Shown: in pieces, positions 10,344 through 20,000 of the stretch | Layout of the letters: every line of letters starts with the position of its first letter | How positions within the stretch are numbered: the first letter of the stretch is position 1 | Assembly: GCA_009602735.1 (NCBI GenBank) | Contig: WELA01001907.1 | Location: 333,238-353,237 of the forward strand | From: Mesotaenium endlicherianum | Taxonomy: Eukaryota | Length of the DNA stretch: 20,000 bases | Reading direction: 5' to 3' | The notes under the pieces: model-generated | What the model was told of the DNA's origin: nothing | Database searches by the model: none | The model's input: the letters and a program-made list of their open reading frames with translations, nothing else | Translations under genes and position numbers: made by a program

Positions 10344-12264
10344 TTAAGAAAAGTATTGAATTCTGGGGCCACGTTGTCAATAAAGACGGCATTAGTGTGG
10401 ATCCTAAGAATGTCCAGACGATGAGGGACTGGCCTGTGCCACAGTCTGTTCCAAAAGTTAGATCCTTCCTCGGGTTGGCTAATTAGTGTAAGAGATTTAT
10501 TGAGAATTATCCTACAGAGGCCAGTAAACTAATTGACCTTACTAAAAAGGACATAGGGTATGTGTGGGGGGAAGAGCAGCAAGCTACCATCCAAACCCTT
10601 ACAGATGCTCTCTGTTCGGCTTTAATCTTAGCTGTGTATGACCCCAGCAAACTTGTGCAGGTAAGTATCGATGCTTCTGACTGGGCTATGAGTGCTATTT
10701 TGTTGCAGCCTGCTGACAAAATCACAAAGGATGGTAAGGTAAGGCAAGAGTGGCATTCTGAGCTGTATGAGTCTATGAAATTCAACCCAGCTGAAGTTAA
10801 TTATTTTGTGCATAATAAAGAGCTGCTTGCTATCATTCATGTGCTCAAACAGTGGAGAGCATACTTACATGGTAAAGCTTTTAAGATGATTACAAATAAT
10901 CTAGCTGAAACTCACTTTCAGAAGAAGTCCAAGCTGTCGAGGAGGGAGAATCGCTGGAGCCAGATGCTGGAGCAGTTCCAAGTCCAGATTGACTACGCAC
11001 TAAGGAAGTTGAACCCTGCTGATGCATTCTCTAGACGACCTAACTTGCAAGAGAGGAACTTTAGTCAGCATGCTGTAGATAAAGTCATTTGTGCACTCAC
11101 TTCACTCACAGTGAAAAAGTCCGTCCTAGAACAACTTAGGAAAGCCTACCTTTCTGACCCAACATTTGAGCCCAGCCCCACTGATGGTGTGTCTCTTGCT
11201 ACTGGACTTGAGTATAGCTGAAGGGAGGGGTCTGGATAACTGAAACCACTTCAGGCCGGCTGAAGCTGGTCATTCCTAATAACTTAGAAGTAGGGTCTCT
11301 CTTACTGAGTCAAGCACATGACAGTTTACTGGGTGGGCATTTGGGACAGGCCAATCTTGTTGGCAAACTGGCAAAACATTATCATTGGAATGTTCCCTCG
11401 GGATGTCTTGAAATATGTTGTCCTGTAATCAGTGTTAGAAAGATAAGTCTAGGCACACACCACTCGGGGGGCTAGTACAAACACTACCCACCCCAGCTGG
11501 ACGCTGGGAAACAATATCCATGGACTGGGTGGTAACACTACCAAGAATTATCAATGGGCATGATTCAATACTGGTAATAGTGGATAAATGGTGATTTTCA
11601 TCCCCACAACTGTCAAAGTAATTGCACTCGAAACTGCGAGACAGTTCTACAACCATGTAGTATGCCAACATGGGCTACCCTTTAATATTATCTCAAAGAG
11701 ACTCAAAATTAACCTCTAAATTTTGGAAGTAATGGGAGTCAAATAGCTGCTCAGCACAGCCAACCACCCTCAGACTGATGGGCAAACTGAAAGAACTAAC
11801 CCAGTTCTCCAAGAGGTGCTGAGAGCATATATTAACCAAAAACAAGATAATTGGGATGACCTGTTACCTCAAATTCAGGTTGCGGTCATTGGTGCGGTGC
11901 ACGCGTCAACAGGAAAGACTCCTTTTGAACTCAGTCTGGGTAGAGTCCCTAAGGCTCCTTCAGATGAGCTCGGAGAGTCTTTGACTCACCGTGAGGGGAT
12001 TGACAATCCGGTCTCTCTCCAGTTAAGTTAGGAGTTTGCTAACACCCTGTCAAAAGTTCAACACAATCTGCACAAAGCCCACAAAAATCAACAGAATTAC
12101 GCTAATGAACACTGTTGGTGTAGTGATTTGAGTTATAATATGTTTGTTTGCATATATTTCAATGCTTTTGAATATATTTGGAGTAGTCTTGTGTGAAGTC
12201 AAGTGTAAATAGATACTCTAGTGACTTGGTTCATGTCCTTTGAACCTTCTAAAAAGGCCTCTCT

Positions 12265-12305
12265 GATAGATAGATAAATAGATAGATAGATAGATTAATA
12301 GATAG
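12265..12305. repeat. Imperfect (GATA)n/(TATC)n microsatellite
   Basis: gatagatagataaatagatagatagatagattaatagatag. Confidence 0.95.
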
Positions 12306-12309
12306 TTTA

Positions 12310-12744
12310 TTATACTGTTGCGGTGGTTACCTGCACGCCATTATCCCATTTGCTGATGGCCCAAGCATAAGGGGTTATCACACCAAAGCGGTCATAGGTT
12401 GTTTCGTAATAAAAGAAGTAATAAAGGATATCGTTGGTATCATCCTCTTCCGTATGCCCCTTCCCTTCCACATGGAAACCGATTTGAGCATGTGTAAGCT
12501 TTTTTCGAAATCGGACGAGCTCACCCGTGATCAAGCAATAACAACTTTCAGGTTTGAATGCCTTGATGATAACGTTGTAATGATTGTCGTCCCATAGCAA
12601 CTTGTATGGCGATTGATCATCACCTGATACCAATGAAGGACTCCAGTGTGTCACTATAAGTCTAGTGCCCCACTCGTTGGTATTGGTGGACTCTCTCGTG
12701 AAAGCAATATTATACTTGTCCTCATACACACAAATTTCGATGCT
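12310..12744 (-). CDS. 3' fragment of an unknown ORF, possibly OTU-like cysteine protease C-terminal part; 5' end cut by LTR D
   Basis: About 144 open codons of complex sequence. IEICVYE...YKLLWDDNHYNVI resembles the OTU I.V....L.Y...HY His-loop. The catalytic Cys is not visible. Confidence 0.4.
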   Translation of the reverse strand, partial: SIEICVYEDKYNIAFTRESTNTNEWGTRLIVTHWSPSLVSGDDQSPYKLLWDDNHYNVIIKAFKPESCYCLITGELVRFRKKLTHAQIGFHVEGKGHTEEDDTNDILYYFFYYETTYDRFGVITPYAWAISKWDNGVQVTTATV

Positions 12745-13239
12745 TGAAATGAATCGACTTACAAAATAGGCGATTAACAATCAATAAAGATCTTAATATC
12801 AGCAAGTAATCTTTATGATATTTTTTGTTAAATGATTTAACAGCAAAGGACAACACACTAGCAGTGAATAATACTCGTGAGTCAAATGCAAGTAAACTAG
12901 CATCAATAATGCAATAACTAAACTCATACATAAGCAAGGTTGGAAGACAGTGCGTATCAATGGCTTCTTGCCTTGGATTCAGGTTTCTCTCAGTAAGCTG
13001 TACAAAAGAGTTGGCCTCGTCTCCGAATGCCGAACTTGAGAGCAATGCCTAGCATATGTACATGGAATGAGTTTACTGTTCAACGGCCAGTGCCATGGCA
13101 CCGCCTACCCGGGAGTTAACCACGTTGGTAGGACCTCGGTTAACCAAATCCACCGCCATCCCCCATCATCCCGAATCGCCATCCATCATAGGGATGTCAT
13201 CTGGCCATTCATCTAGCATATCATACTTAGATGCATATT
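12745..13239 (-). repeat. 3' 495 bp of a family LTR (element D; 3' or solo LTR), interrupted by copy C
   Basis: TGAAATGAATC at 12745, homologous to 13240-~13735. No PBS follows on the minus strand. Confidence 0.9.
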
Positions 13240-13958
13240 TGAAATGAATCGACTTACCAAATAGGCGATTAACAATTAATAAAGATCTTTATATCAGCAA
13301 GTAATCTTAATGGTATTTCCGTTAACTGGTTTTCGGCAAAAGACAACACACTAGCAGTGAATAATACTCGTCAGTCAAATGTGAGTAAACTAGCATCAAT
13401 AATGCAAATCAGTAAATTCATACGTAAGCAAGGTTAGAAGACAGTGCGTATCAATGGCTTCTCGCCTTGGATTCAGATCGCTCTCAGTAAGCTGTACAAG
13501 AGAGCTGGCCTCGTTTCCAAATGCCGAACTTGAGAGCAATGCCTAGCGTATGTACATGGAATGAGTTTACTGTTCAACGGTCAGTGCGATGGCACCGCCT
13601 ACCCGGGAGTTAACCACGTTGGTAAGACCTCGGTTAACCAAATCCACCGCCATCTCCCATCATCCCGAATCGCCATCCATCATAGGGATGTCATCTGGCC
13701 ATTCATCTAGCATACCACACTTAGATGCATATCGAGGCAGTTCGCTGCTACCGAGTACGGAAGTCAGCTGGCTGTCAAAGAATGTGTCAGCAAGCTGACT
13801 TAAGGTGACCTCAGCCTGCTACTTCCGGCCAAGTCATTAAACTGATATTAAGTATAAAGTCCAGCAGACTGATTGTTAACTAGAGTTCAGCAGGCTGAAC
13901 TTATTTAACTATATTATTTTAATGAATATTATATCAACCAGTATACTGATTCATTACA
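13240..13958 (-). repeat. 3' LTR of copy C (719 bp)
   Basis: Minus strand TGTAATGAATC (13958) to GATTCATTTCA (13240), 10/11 terminal inverted repeat. Preceded by PPT AAGTTGGAGGGA (13960-13971). Confidence 0.95.
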
Positions 13959-14043
13959 ATCCCTCCAACTTATCATGTTGTCGCCTCGACAACACTAACA
14001 CTAATAACAGCGTGCTGTCCCTCTTATCCCCAGCCTGCTGCCC

Positions 14044-15712
14044 TTAGGAGGGAGGTGCTCCTGAGGTCCTATACTCAGGGGAACCAGACCTCCTCCTGTC
14101 TTGGGGTCTTCAGAAGCTTGTCAGAGAAGGGGGTTCCGTGTAAGGACCCGGCGGAGAACGCAGTAACTGGGCTGTTTCCTCCTGCAGAGTCTGCAACTGA
14201 AGGGTGGCAGCCTTCTCCTGGGCTGCCCTCAAACTGACAGGTACGTATACCGGCATCCCAGAAGGATGTTGCATGACATGAGCCAAGGGTACATGCCCTC
14301 TCTACGAGGGAGATGCTGGCAGGCCTCTGGCTATCTCCCGAGCAGCCCTCTTGTCTGCCCTGTCTGACTGGGTCTCTTTGCTTGGAGATGGGCTCTGTCC
14401 TCTGGCAGTCCCCAGCCAAGTGATATCCTCCTCTTGAGCGAGTTGCGGCGGGGCCCACCCCGTCTTCTCCTTTACAGGGGATGTGGCAGGTGTCAGGATC
14501 ACGGCGGGGCTAGTGTCTTCCTCCTCGCCTTCCTCCTCGTCTTCCTCCGACTCCTCTTCCTTGCCGTCCCCGGGTTCCTCTGAGACTTCTGGGGTCTCCT
14601 CTGTCCGCTGCTCCAGCTCTTCCCGAGAAAAAGAATATCCTACTAACCTCCCCCTTTTGGGTGCTGGTGGGGGCTGCTGAGTCCGGACCGCATAGAGGTC
14701 CTTTTCCCCCTGCTTACTTGCCCATTTGGCATAAGCGTGCTTCCCTTTGGAGAATGACTCTCGGGCCCTGCTTCTGTCCCCCTGCATCTCTTGGCTCATG
14801 CAGTCTCTGACTCCATCCAATCTTGGGTCCCAAGCCGCAATGTGAGGGGGCAATACTGTGTTCCCCTTTAGGGGTTGTCAGGAAATCCTCATCCGTCGCT
14901 CTGTCATTCTGCTGGTCCCTCATGTTGATGGTCATCCACCGCCAATTCGTGGGCTTTTGGAAGAAGGCCGCGTCTGTCTTTTTAAGAGTACCAGGGTACC
15001 AGTGCCCTGCAAAGTCCAGCTGACTGGTTTTTCTGGCCAAGAATTCCCAGCTCCTCCTCTTGATCTCATTGTACATGGCCTTGAATCTGTTGTGGGGAGT
15101 TGACTCCTTGAAGCTGTCCGCGTCCATGGGGATCATCCTGATGACCCTATCTGTCCCCCAGATACCAGGAATTGAGATAGCTCCTGCTTCGTTCACCTGG
15201 GCCATTGCCTTGGCCTCTTCGATGGTACATCCTACCATCCTGGCGTAATCGTGGTAGAGGAGGAGCCCTGTGCCGACCTCCATATACTTGCCAAAGTTTT
15301 CAGATGTCTCCCCTTCCTTCTGGAGGATTTCATTCTGCGACTCACTGCGACTTCTCTGGGCATACTTGAAGGCCTCCTCCAGTAGATCAAAGCCCTTGCC
15401 CAGCACCGTGTAGCGGTAGCTGCTGATTCTCCTCTGTTCTTCTTCTTCAGCCTGCTGCTTCCGCTTCTCCTCAGCTTGCCTCTCCTCCTCTGCTTTCTTG
15501 GCCTCCTCTGCAGCTATTCTGTCCATTTCTTCCTGCCTTAGTCTGGCCTATTCCTCCTCCTCCTTCTTCTTCTGTGCCTCCCGCTGTTGTTGGAGTTGTT
15601 GTGATTCCCGAGCGGAGATGGAAGATGATTCGATGTCTCCACGGAACTGCAAGTATTCTGCATGTGCCTCTTCCGCCCTTCTCTTCCTCTTGAGCTCCAA
15701 CTTTTGAGTCAT
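14044..15712 (-). pseudogene. Full-length extra 3' ORF (ORF3, ~555 codons) of copy C, unknown function
   Basis: ATG 15712 (MTQKLELKRKRR) is in frame with 14714-15526 across TAG 15548-15550. One frameshift near 14860 into 14302-14853. Continues through TAG 14302 and TGA 14110 to TAA 14044. The true 3' end is inferred. Confidence 0.75.
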
Positions 15713-16036
15713 CCTGCTCAATCATAAACACAATGCAGTTAGTGAAGTCATGATGTTTTGCCGCTACTGAGTGCCCTTGATGAAGAGGGACGCGATCGAA
15801 AGAGTTCCTAGTGTGAAATACCTGGTGTGAGCGAATATAAGGAAAAATTGAGTTGGAGAGCAAGTGAGTGTGAGCGCAGGTTGAGTGGGTAATATGGTGA
15901 TCAGAGACTACCACTCCCTCCAACTTAAATTTAAAGGTGGGCTGCCTGTCACAACTGTCACTAACTGTCACATCTCCCTCCAACTTATATGGAGACAGGA
16001 CCTCCTGTCACCTTCCCGTGTCAACGGAAATGACTG

Positions 16037-18978
16037 TTAGGGAGGTGCCCCAGCCGCCCGAAGGTGGAACCGTTTCAACGCCCCTTTGGCATTGGTCAGC
16101 TGATCTTTAAATTCCCAAGTGTCCCCAGAGGCATCGTAACCCTTCCATCGGATGAGGTACTTCATGACATATTTAGACGATCGACGGACCGAGCGAGCGT
16201 CTAAAATCTCATCGACCTCATATTCCTCAGGGTCGCCGTCCCGGACAGCGGGGACCGGTCCCGGTTGGACAGGTAACCGACCTGTGAACAGTGTATCACC
16301 TTTGATGTACGGTTCCAGGAAGGAGACATTAAAGACCGGGTGCCCCTTGTATTCAGCTGACATGTTCAGTTTGTAAGCATTCTGACCGACGCGACGAACC
16401 ACCGAATATGGACCGACCCAGACAGGGCCAAGCTTTTTCTTGACCACACTAGGGAGGTACAGGTGCTGAGAATGCAGTTTGACTAAATCCCCCTTGGAAA
16501 ATGTCAGTTCCCGACGGTGTTGATTAGCGTATTTTTGTTGNNNNNNNNNNNNNNNNNNNNNNNNNNNNNNNNNNNNNNNNNNNNNNNNNNNNNNNNNNNN
16601 NNNNNNNNNNNNNNNNNNNNNNNNNNNNNNNNNNNNNNNNNNNNNNNNNNNNNNNNNNNNNNNNNNNNNNNNNNNNNNNNNNNNNNNNNNNNNNNNNNNN
16701 NNNNNNNNNNNNNNNNNNNNNNNNNNNNNNNNNNNNNNNNNNNNNNNNNNNNNNNNNNNNNNNNNNNNNNNNNNNNNNNNNNNNNNNNNNNNNNNNNNNN
16801 NNNNNNNNNNNNNNNNNNNNNNNNNNNNNNNNNNNNNNNNNNNNNNNNNNNNNNNNNNNNNNNNNNNNNNNNNNNNNNNNNNNNNNNNNNNNNNNNNNNN
16901 NNNNNNNNNNNNNNNNNNNNNNNNNNNNNNNNNNNNNNNNNNNNNNNNNNNNNNNNNNNNNNNNNNNNNNNNNNNNNNNNNNNNNNNNNNNNNNNNNNNN
17001 NNNNNNNNNNNNNNNNNNNNNNNNNNNNNNNNNNNNNNNNNNNNNNNNNNNNNNNNNNNNNNNNNNNNNNNNNNNNNNNNNNNNNNNNNNNNNNNNNNNN
17101 NNNNNNNNNNNNNNNNNNNNNNNNNNNNNNNNNNNNNNNNNNNNNNNNNNNNNNNNNNNNNNNNNNNNNNNNNNNNNNNNNNNNNNNNNNNNNNNNNNNN
17201 NNNNNNNNNNNNNNNNNNNNNNNNNNNNNNNNNNNNNNNNNNNTCCCTCCTCGACAGCTTGGACTTCTTCTGAAAGTGGGTCAGAGCTAGATGATCTGTA
17301 ATCACCTTAAAAGCTTTACCATGTAAGTATGCTCTCCACTGTTTGAATACATGAATGATAGCTAGCAGCTCTCTATCATGCACTGAGTAATTAATCTCCG
17401 CTATTTTAAATTTAATAGACTCATACAACACAGGATGCCACTCCTGCCGTAACTTACCATCCTGTATGGTTTTGTCAGCAGGCTGCAACAAAATAGCACC
17501 CTTGGCAAGGTCAGAGGCATCAGTAACCACCTGCTTTGGTTTGCTAGGGTCATACGCGGCTAGCACCGGGGCAGAACAAAGGGCATCTTTAAGGGTCTGG
17601 AAGGCAGCCTGCTGCTCTTCCCCCCACACATACCCGATGTCTTTCTTAGTAAGGTCAGTCAGTTTACTGGCCTTTGTGGAATAATTCTCAATAAATCTCC
17701 TATAGTAGTTAGCCAACCCGAGGAAGGATCTAACTTCAGAGACAGACTGTGGTACTGGCCAGTCCCTTATGGTCTGGACTTTCTTAGGATCCACACTGAT
17801 GCCCTCTTTACTGACAACGTGGCCTAAGAATTCAATACTTTCCTTAAAGAAATCACACTTGCTCATTTTAGCATATAAGTGATTTTTCCGCAGAGTGTCC
17901 AGGACTGTCTTTAAGTGTTCAGTGTGCTGAGCTTCATCTTTAGAGAAAATTAAAATATCATCCAGGAAAACTTGCACAAACTTATCCAAATAAGGTCTAA
18001 AAATGTCATTCATAGCACCCATGAAGGTGGCGGGAGCATTAGTCAGTCCAAATGGCATCACATTGAACTCATAGTGTCCATAACGTGTACGGAAGGCAGT
18101 CTTGTGTTCATCCCCCTCAGCAATACTGATTTGATGATANACTGATTTGATGATAAACACTCTTTAGATCTACCTTACTGAACACCTTAGCACCAGACAA
18201 GGTATCAAGCAAGTCTTCGATCCTGGGTAAAGCACACTTGTTCTTTATTGTAATTCTGTTCAAGGCTCTGTAATCCACACACATCTGCATACTGCCATCC
18301 TTTTTCTTAACAAATAGGATGGGTGCGCCGTAAGGTGATTTACTGGGAGAAATATAACCATTTCCTCAAGCTCTGCAATCTGTGTTTTCAACTCCTCGCT
18401 CTCCACATAAGACAAGCCATACGTGCGTTGCCAAGGTGGCTGACTCCCAGGTAATANNNNNNNNNNNNNNNNNNNNNNNNNNNNNNNNNNNNNNNNNNNN
18501 NNNNNNNNNNNNNNNNNNNTTAAACCCATCAGTGTACTGAGCAACAATTTTTGCAGTAGTAGGGTGCTCCGGAGGGCTTACCTTTTTCTCAACCACTTCT
18601 TCAGGTTGAGGAGGTACCTCTCTTAGCAGCAGACAGAACATTCTGTCTTCCTTCTGGTTCCAGCTTTTGACGAACTCCATTGCATTCAGCAACTTGCATC
18701 CTTCTGGAAGCCTCTTCTTTTCCTTCATTTGCCATCCACACAGGACAAGAGGAAGAGCACTGGTGGGTGCCAAGTCAGTCTGCCCATCACTGGCTCCTCT
18801 CACTTTAACTGTACCTCTGCTCCAACACACTTCAGCTTGATGTTTGTTATGCGAGGACCTGCCTAGCACGAGATCATAAAAGCCAGTGTTGAGTACCTCA
18901 AATGTAAGCGTTTCAGTTAGAACTGCAATGCAAGAACCTAACTGGACCTCAATAGGCTTGGTTATAACTCCTCCCGGG
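16037..18978 (-). pseudogene. pol: pol of copy C (PR C-term, RT, RNaseH, gap, IN C-term, chromodomain)
   Basis: ORFs 18366-18869, 18260-18547 and 16037-18160, with frame disruptions near 18130-18370. N gaps at 16541-17243 and about 18456-18519. Confidence 0.95.
16066..16228 (-). other. Group I-like chromodomain at the integrase C-terminus
   Basis: EEYEVDEILDAR...KYLIRWKGYDASGDTWE...L retains the Y/W/Y aromatic-cage positions of canonical chromodomains. Confidence 0.9.
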
Positions 18979-19324
18979 TGTAATGAATCAGTATATTAGT
19001 AGATATAATATTCATTTAAATATAATAGTTAATTTAGTTCAGCCTGATGTACTTTAGTTAATAGTCAGTCTTCTGGACTTTACATAATTATCAGTTTAAT
19101 GACTCGGCCAAAAGCAGCAGGCTGAAGTCAACTTAAGTCAGCTTGCTGACACATTCTTTGACAGCCAGCTGACTTCCGTGCTCGGTAGCAGCGAACTGCC
19201 TTGATATGCATCTAAGTACCACCTGCTAGATGAATGGCCAGATGACATCCCCATGATGGATGGCTATTCGGGATGATGGGAGATGGCGGTGGATTTGGTT
19301 AACCGAGGTCCTACCAACGTGGTT
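18979..19324 (+). repeat. 5' part of a family LTR (element E) inserted antisense into the protease region of copy C
   Basis: TGTAATGAATC at 18979 directly abuts reverse-strand pol sequence homologous to about 7100-7200. Confidence 0.9.
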
Positions 19325-19334
19325 NNNNNNNNNN

Positions 19335-20000
19335 CCTTCATTTGCCATCCACACAGGACAAGAGGAAGAGCACTGGTGGGTGCCAAGTCAGTCTGCCCAT
19401 CACTGGCTCCTCTCACTTTAACTGTACCTCTGCTCCAACATACTTCAGCTTGATGTTTGTTATGCGAGGACCTGCCTAGCACGAGATCATAAAAGCCAGT
19501 GTTGAGTACCTCAAATGTAAGCGTTTCAGTTAGAACTGCAATGCAAGAACCTAACTGGACCTCAATAGGCTTGGTTATAACTCCTCCCGGGTGTAATGAA
19601 TCAGTATATTAGTAGATATAATATTCATTTAAATATAATAGTTAATTTAGTTCAGCCTGATGTACTTTAGTTAATAGTCAGTCTTCTGGACTTTACATAA
19701 TTATCAGTTTAATGACTCGGCCAAAAGCAGCAGGCTGAAGTCAACTTAAGTCAGCTTGCTGACACATTCTTTGACAGCCAGCTGACTTCCGTGCTCGGTA
19801 GCAGCGAACTGCCTTGATATGCATCTAAGTACCACCTGCTAGATGAATGGCCAGATGACATCCCCATGATGGATGGCTATTCGGGATGATGGGAGATGGC
19901 GGTGGATTTGGTTAACCGAGGTCCTACCAACGTGGTTAACTCCCGGGTAGGCGGTGCCATCGCACTGACCGTTGAACAGTAAACTCATTCCATGTACATA
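19335..20000. other. Probable assembly duplication (unmerged contig overlap) of 18722-19324, extending LTR E (second start 19592)
   Basis: Offset of 613 bp across a 10-N gap; I saw only one difference (C18828 vs T19441). Confidence 0.8.

Larger units (their letters stand above)
3756..12117 (+). mobile_element. Chromovirus copy B (5' LTR, PBS, gag, pol), degenerate, with two nested insertions; breaks off in integrase at ~12117
   Basis: Order is LTR, PBS, gag with CCHC, PR, RT, RNaseH, IN. Homology with copy A (QQKYANQHRR region) ends at about 12117. Confidence 0.95.
6667..12117 (+). pseudogene. pol: pol of copy B (PR, RT, RNaseH, IN), multiple stops and frameshifts, interrupted at 8163-10343
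   Basis: [30 protein letters not shown] and MPFGLTNAP, RNaseH DASDWAMSAILLQ and KELLAII, IN HDSLLGGHLG, WETISMDWV and HPQTDGQTER. Confidence 0.93.
13240..18978 (-). mobile_element. Chromovirus copy C (pol, chromodomain, ORF3, PPT, 3' LTR); least decayed copy, contains assembly gaps
   Basis: RT ([22 protein letters not shown]), RNaseH, IN tail and chromodomain, then ORF3 and an LTR. Confidence 0.96.

Noticed and set aside
12190..12202. 13-bp inverted match (TGTGTGAAGTCAA) to 8389-8401 inside the piggyBac
   Set aside because: No extension on either side and the two sites are in unrelated elements; likely chance.
14714..15526. ORF3 as a retroviral-type envelope gene
   Set aside because: The position fits, but no signal peptide or transmembrane segment is visible and the protein is highly charged.
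16037..18160. 707-aa ORF as an intact pol
   Set aside because: It spans a 703-N gap, while the homologous interval in copy B is about 1.1 kb, so length and frame continuity are artefacts. The ORF 16517-17290 is likewise mostly Ns.
18722..20000. Biological 613-bp tandem duplication
   Set aside because: Near-identical copies either side of a 10-N scaffold gap are typical of an unmerged contig overlap.

Overview
Eukaryotic, probably green-plant/streptophyte, repeat-dense DNA (plant-type tRNA-iMet PBS; many CG/CHG-type C>T stops). No host gene is securely identifiable. The window is a nested cluster of one Ty3/gypsy chromovirus family with 719-bp LTRs (TGTAATGAAT...ATTCATTTCA). Copy A (+, 1-2592) shows only its 3' end. 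Copy B (+, 3756-~12117) runs 5' LTR-PBS-gag-pol and carries a foreign solo LTR and a TTAA-flanked piggyBac-like transposon. D is an LTR fragment (-, 12745-13239). Copy C (-, 13240-18978) sits inside D's LTR, and LTR E (+, from 18979) sits inside C's protease region. The most unusual feature is a sense-oriented, ~555-codon third ORF between the chromodomain-integrase and the 3' LTR, present in A and C. It is preceded by a conserved putative 108-nt intron/splice acceptor and bracketed by repeated polypurine-tract modules. Gag and pol appear joined by a -1 ribosomal frameshift signal. An OTU-like ORF fragment with a (TATC)n tail is also present. 19335-20000 is probably an assembly duplication.
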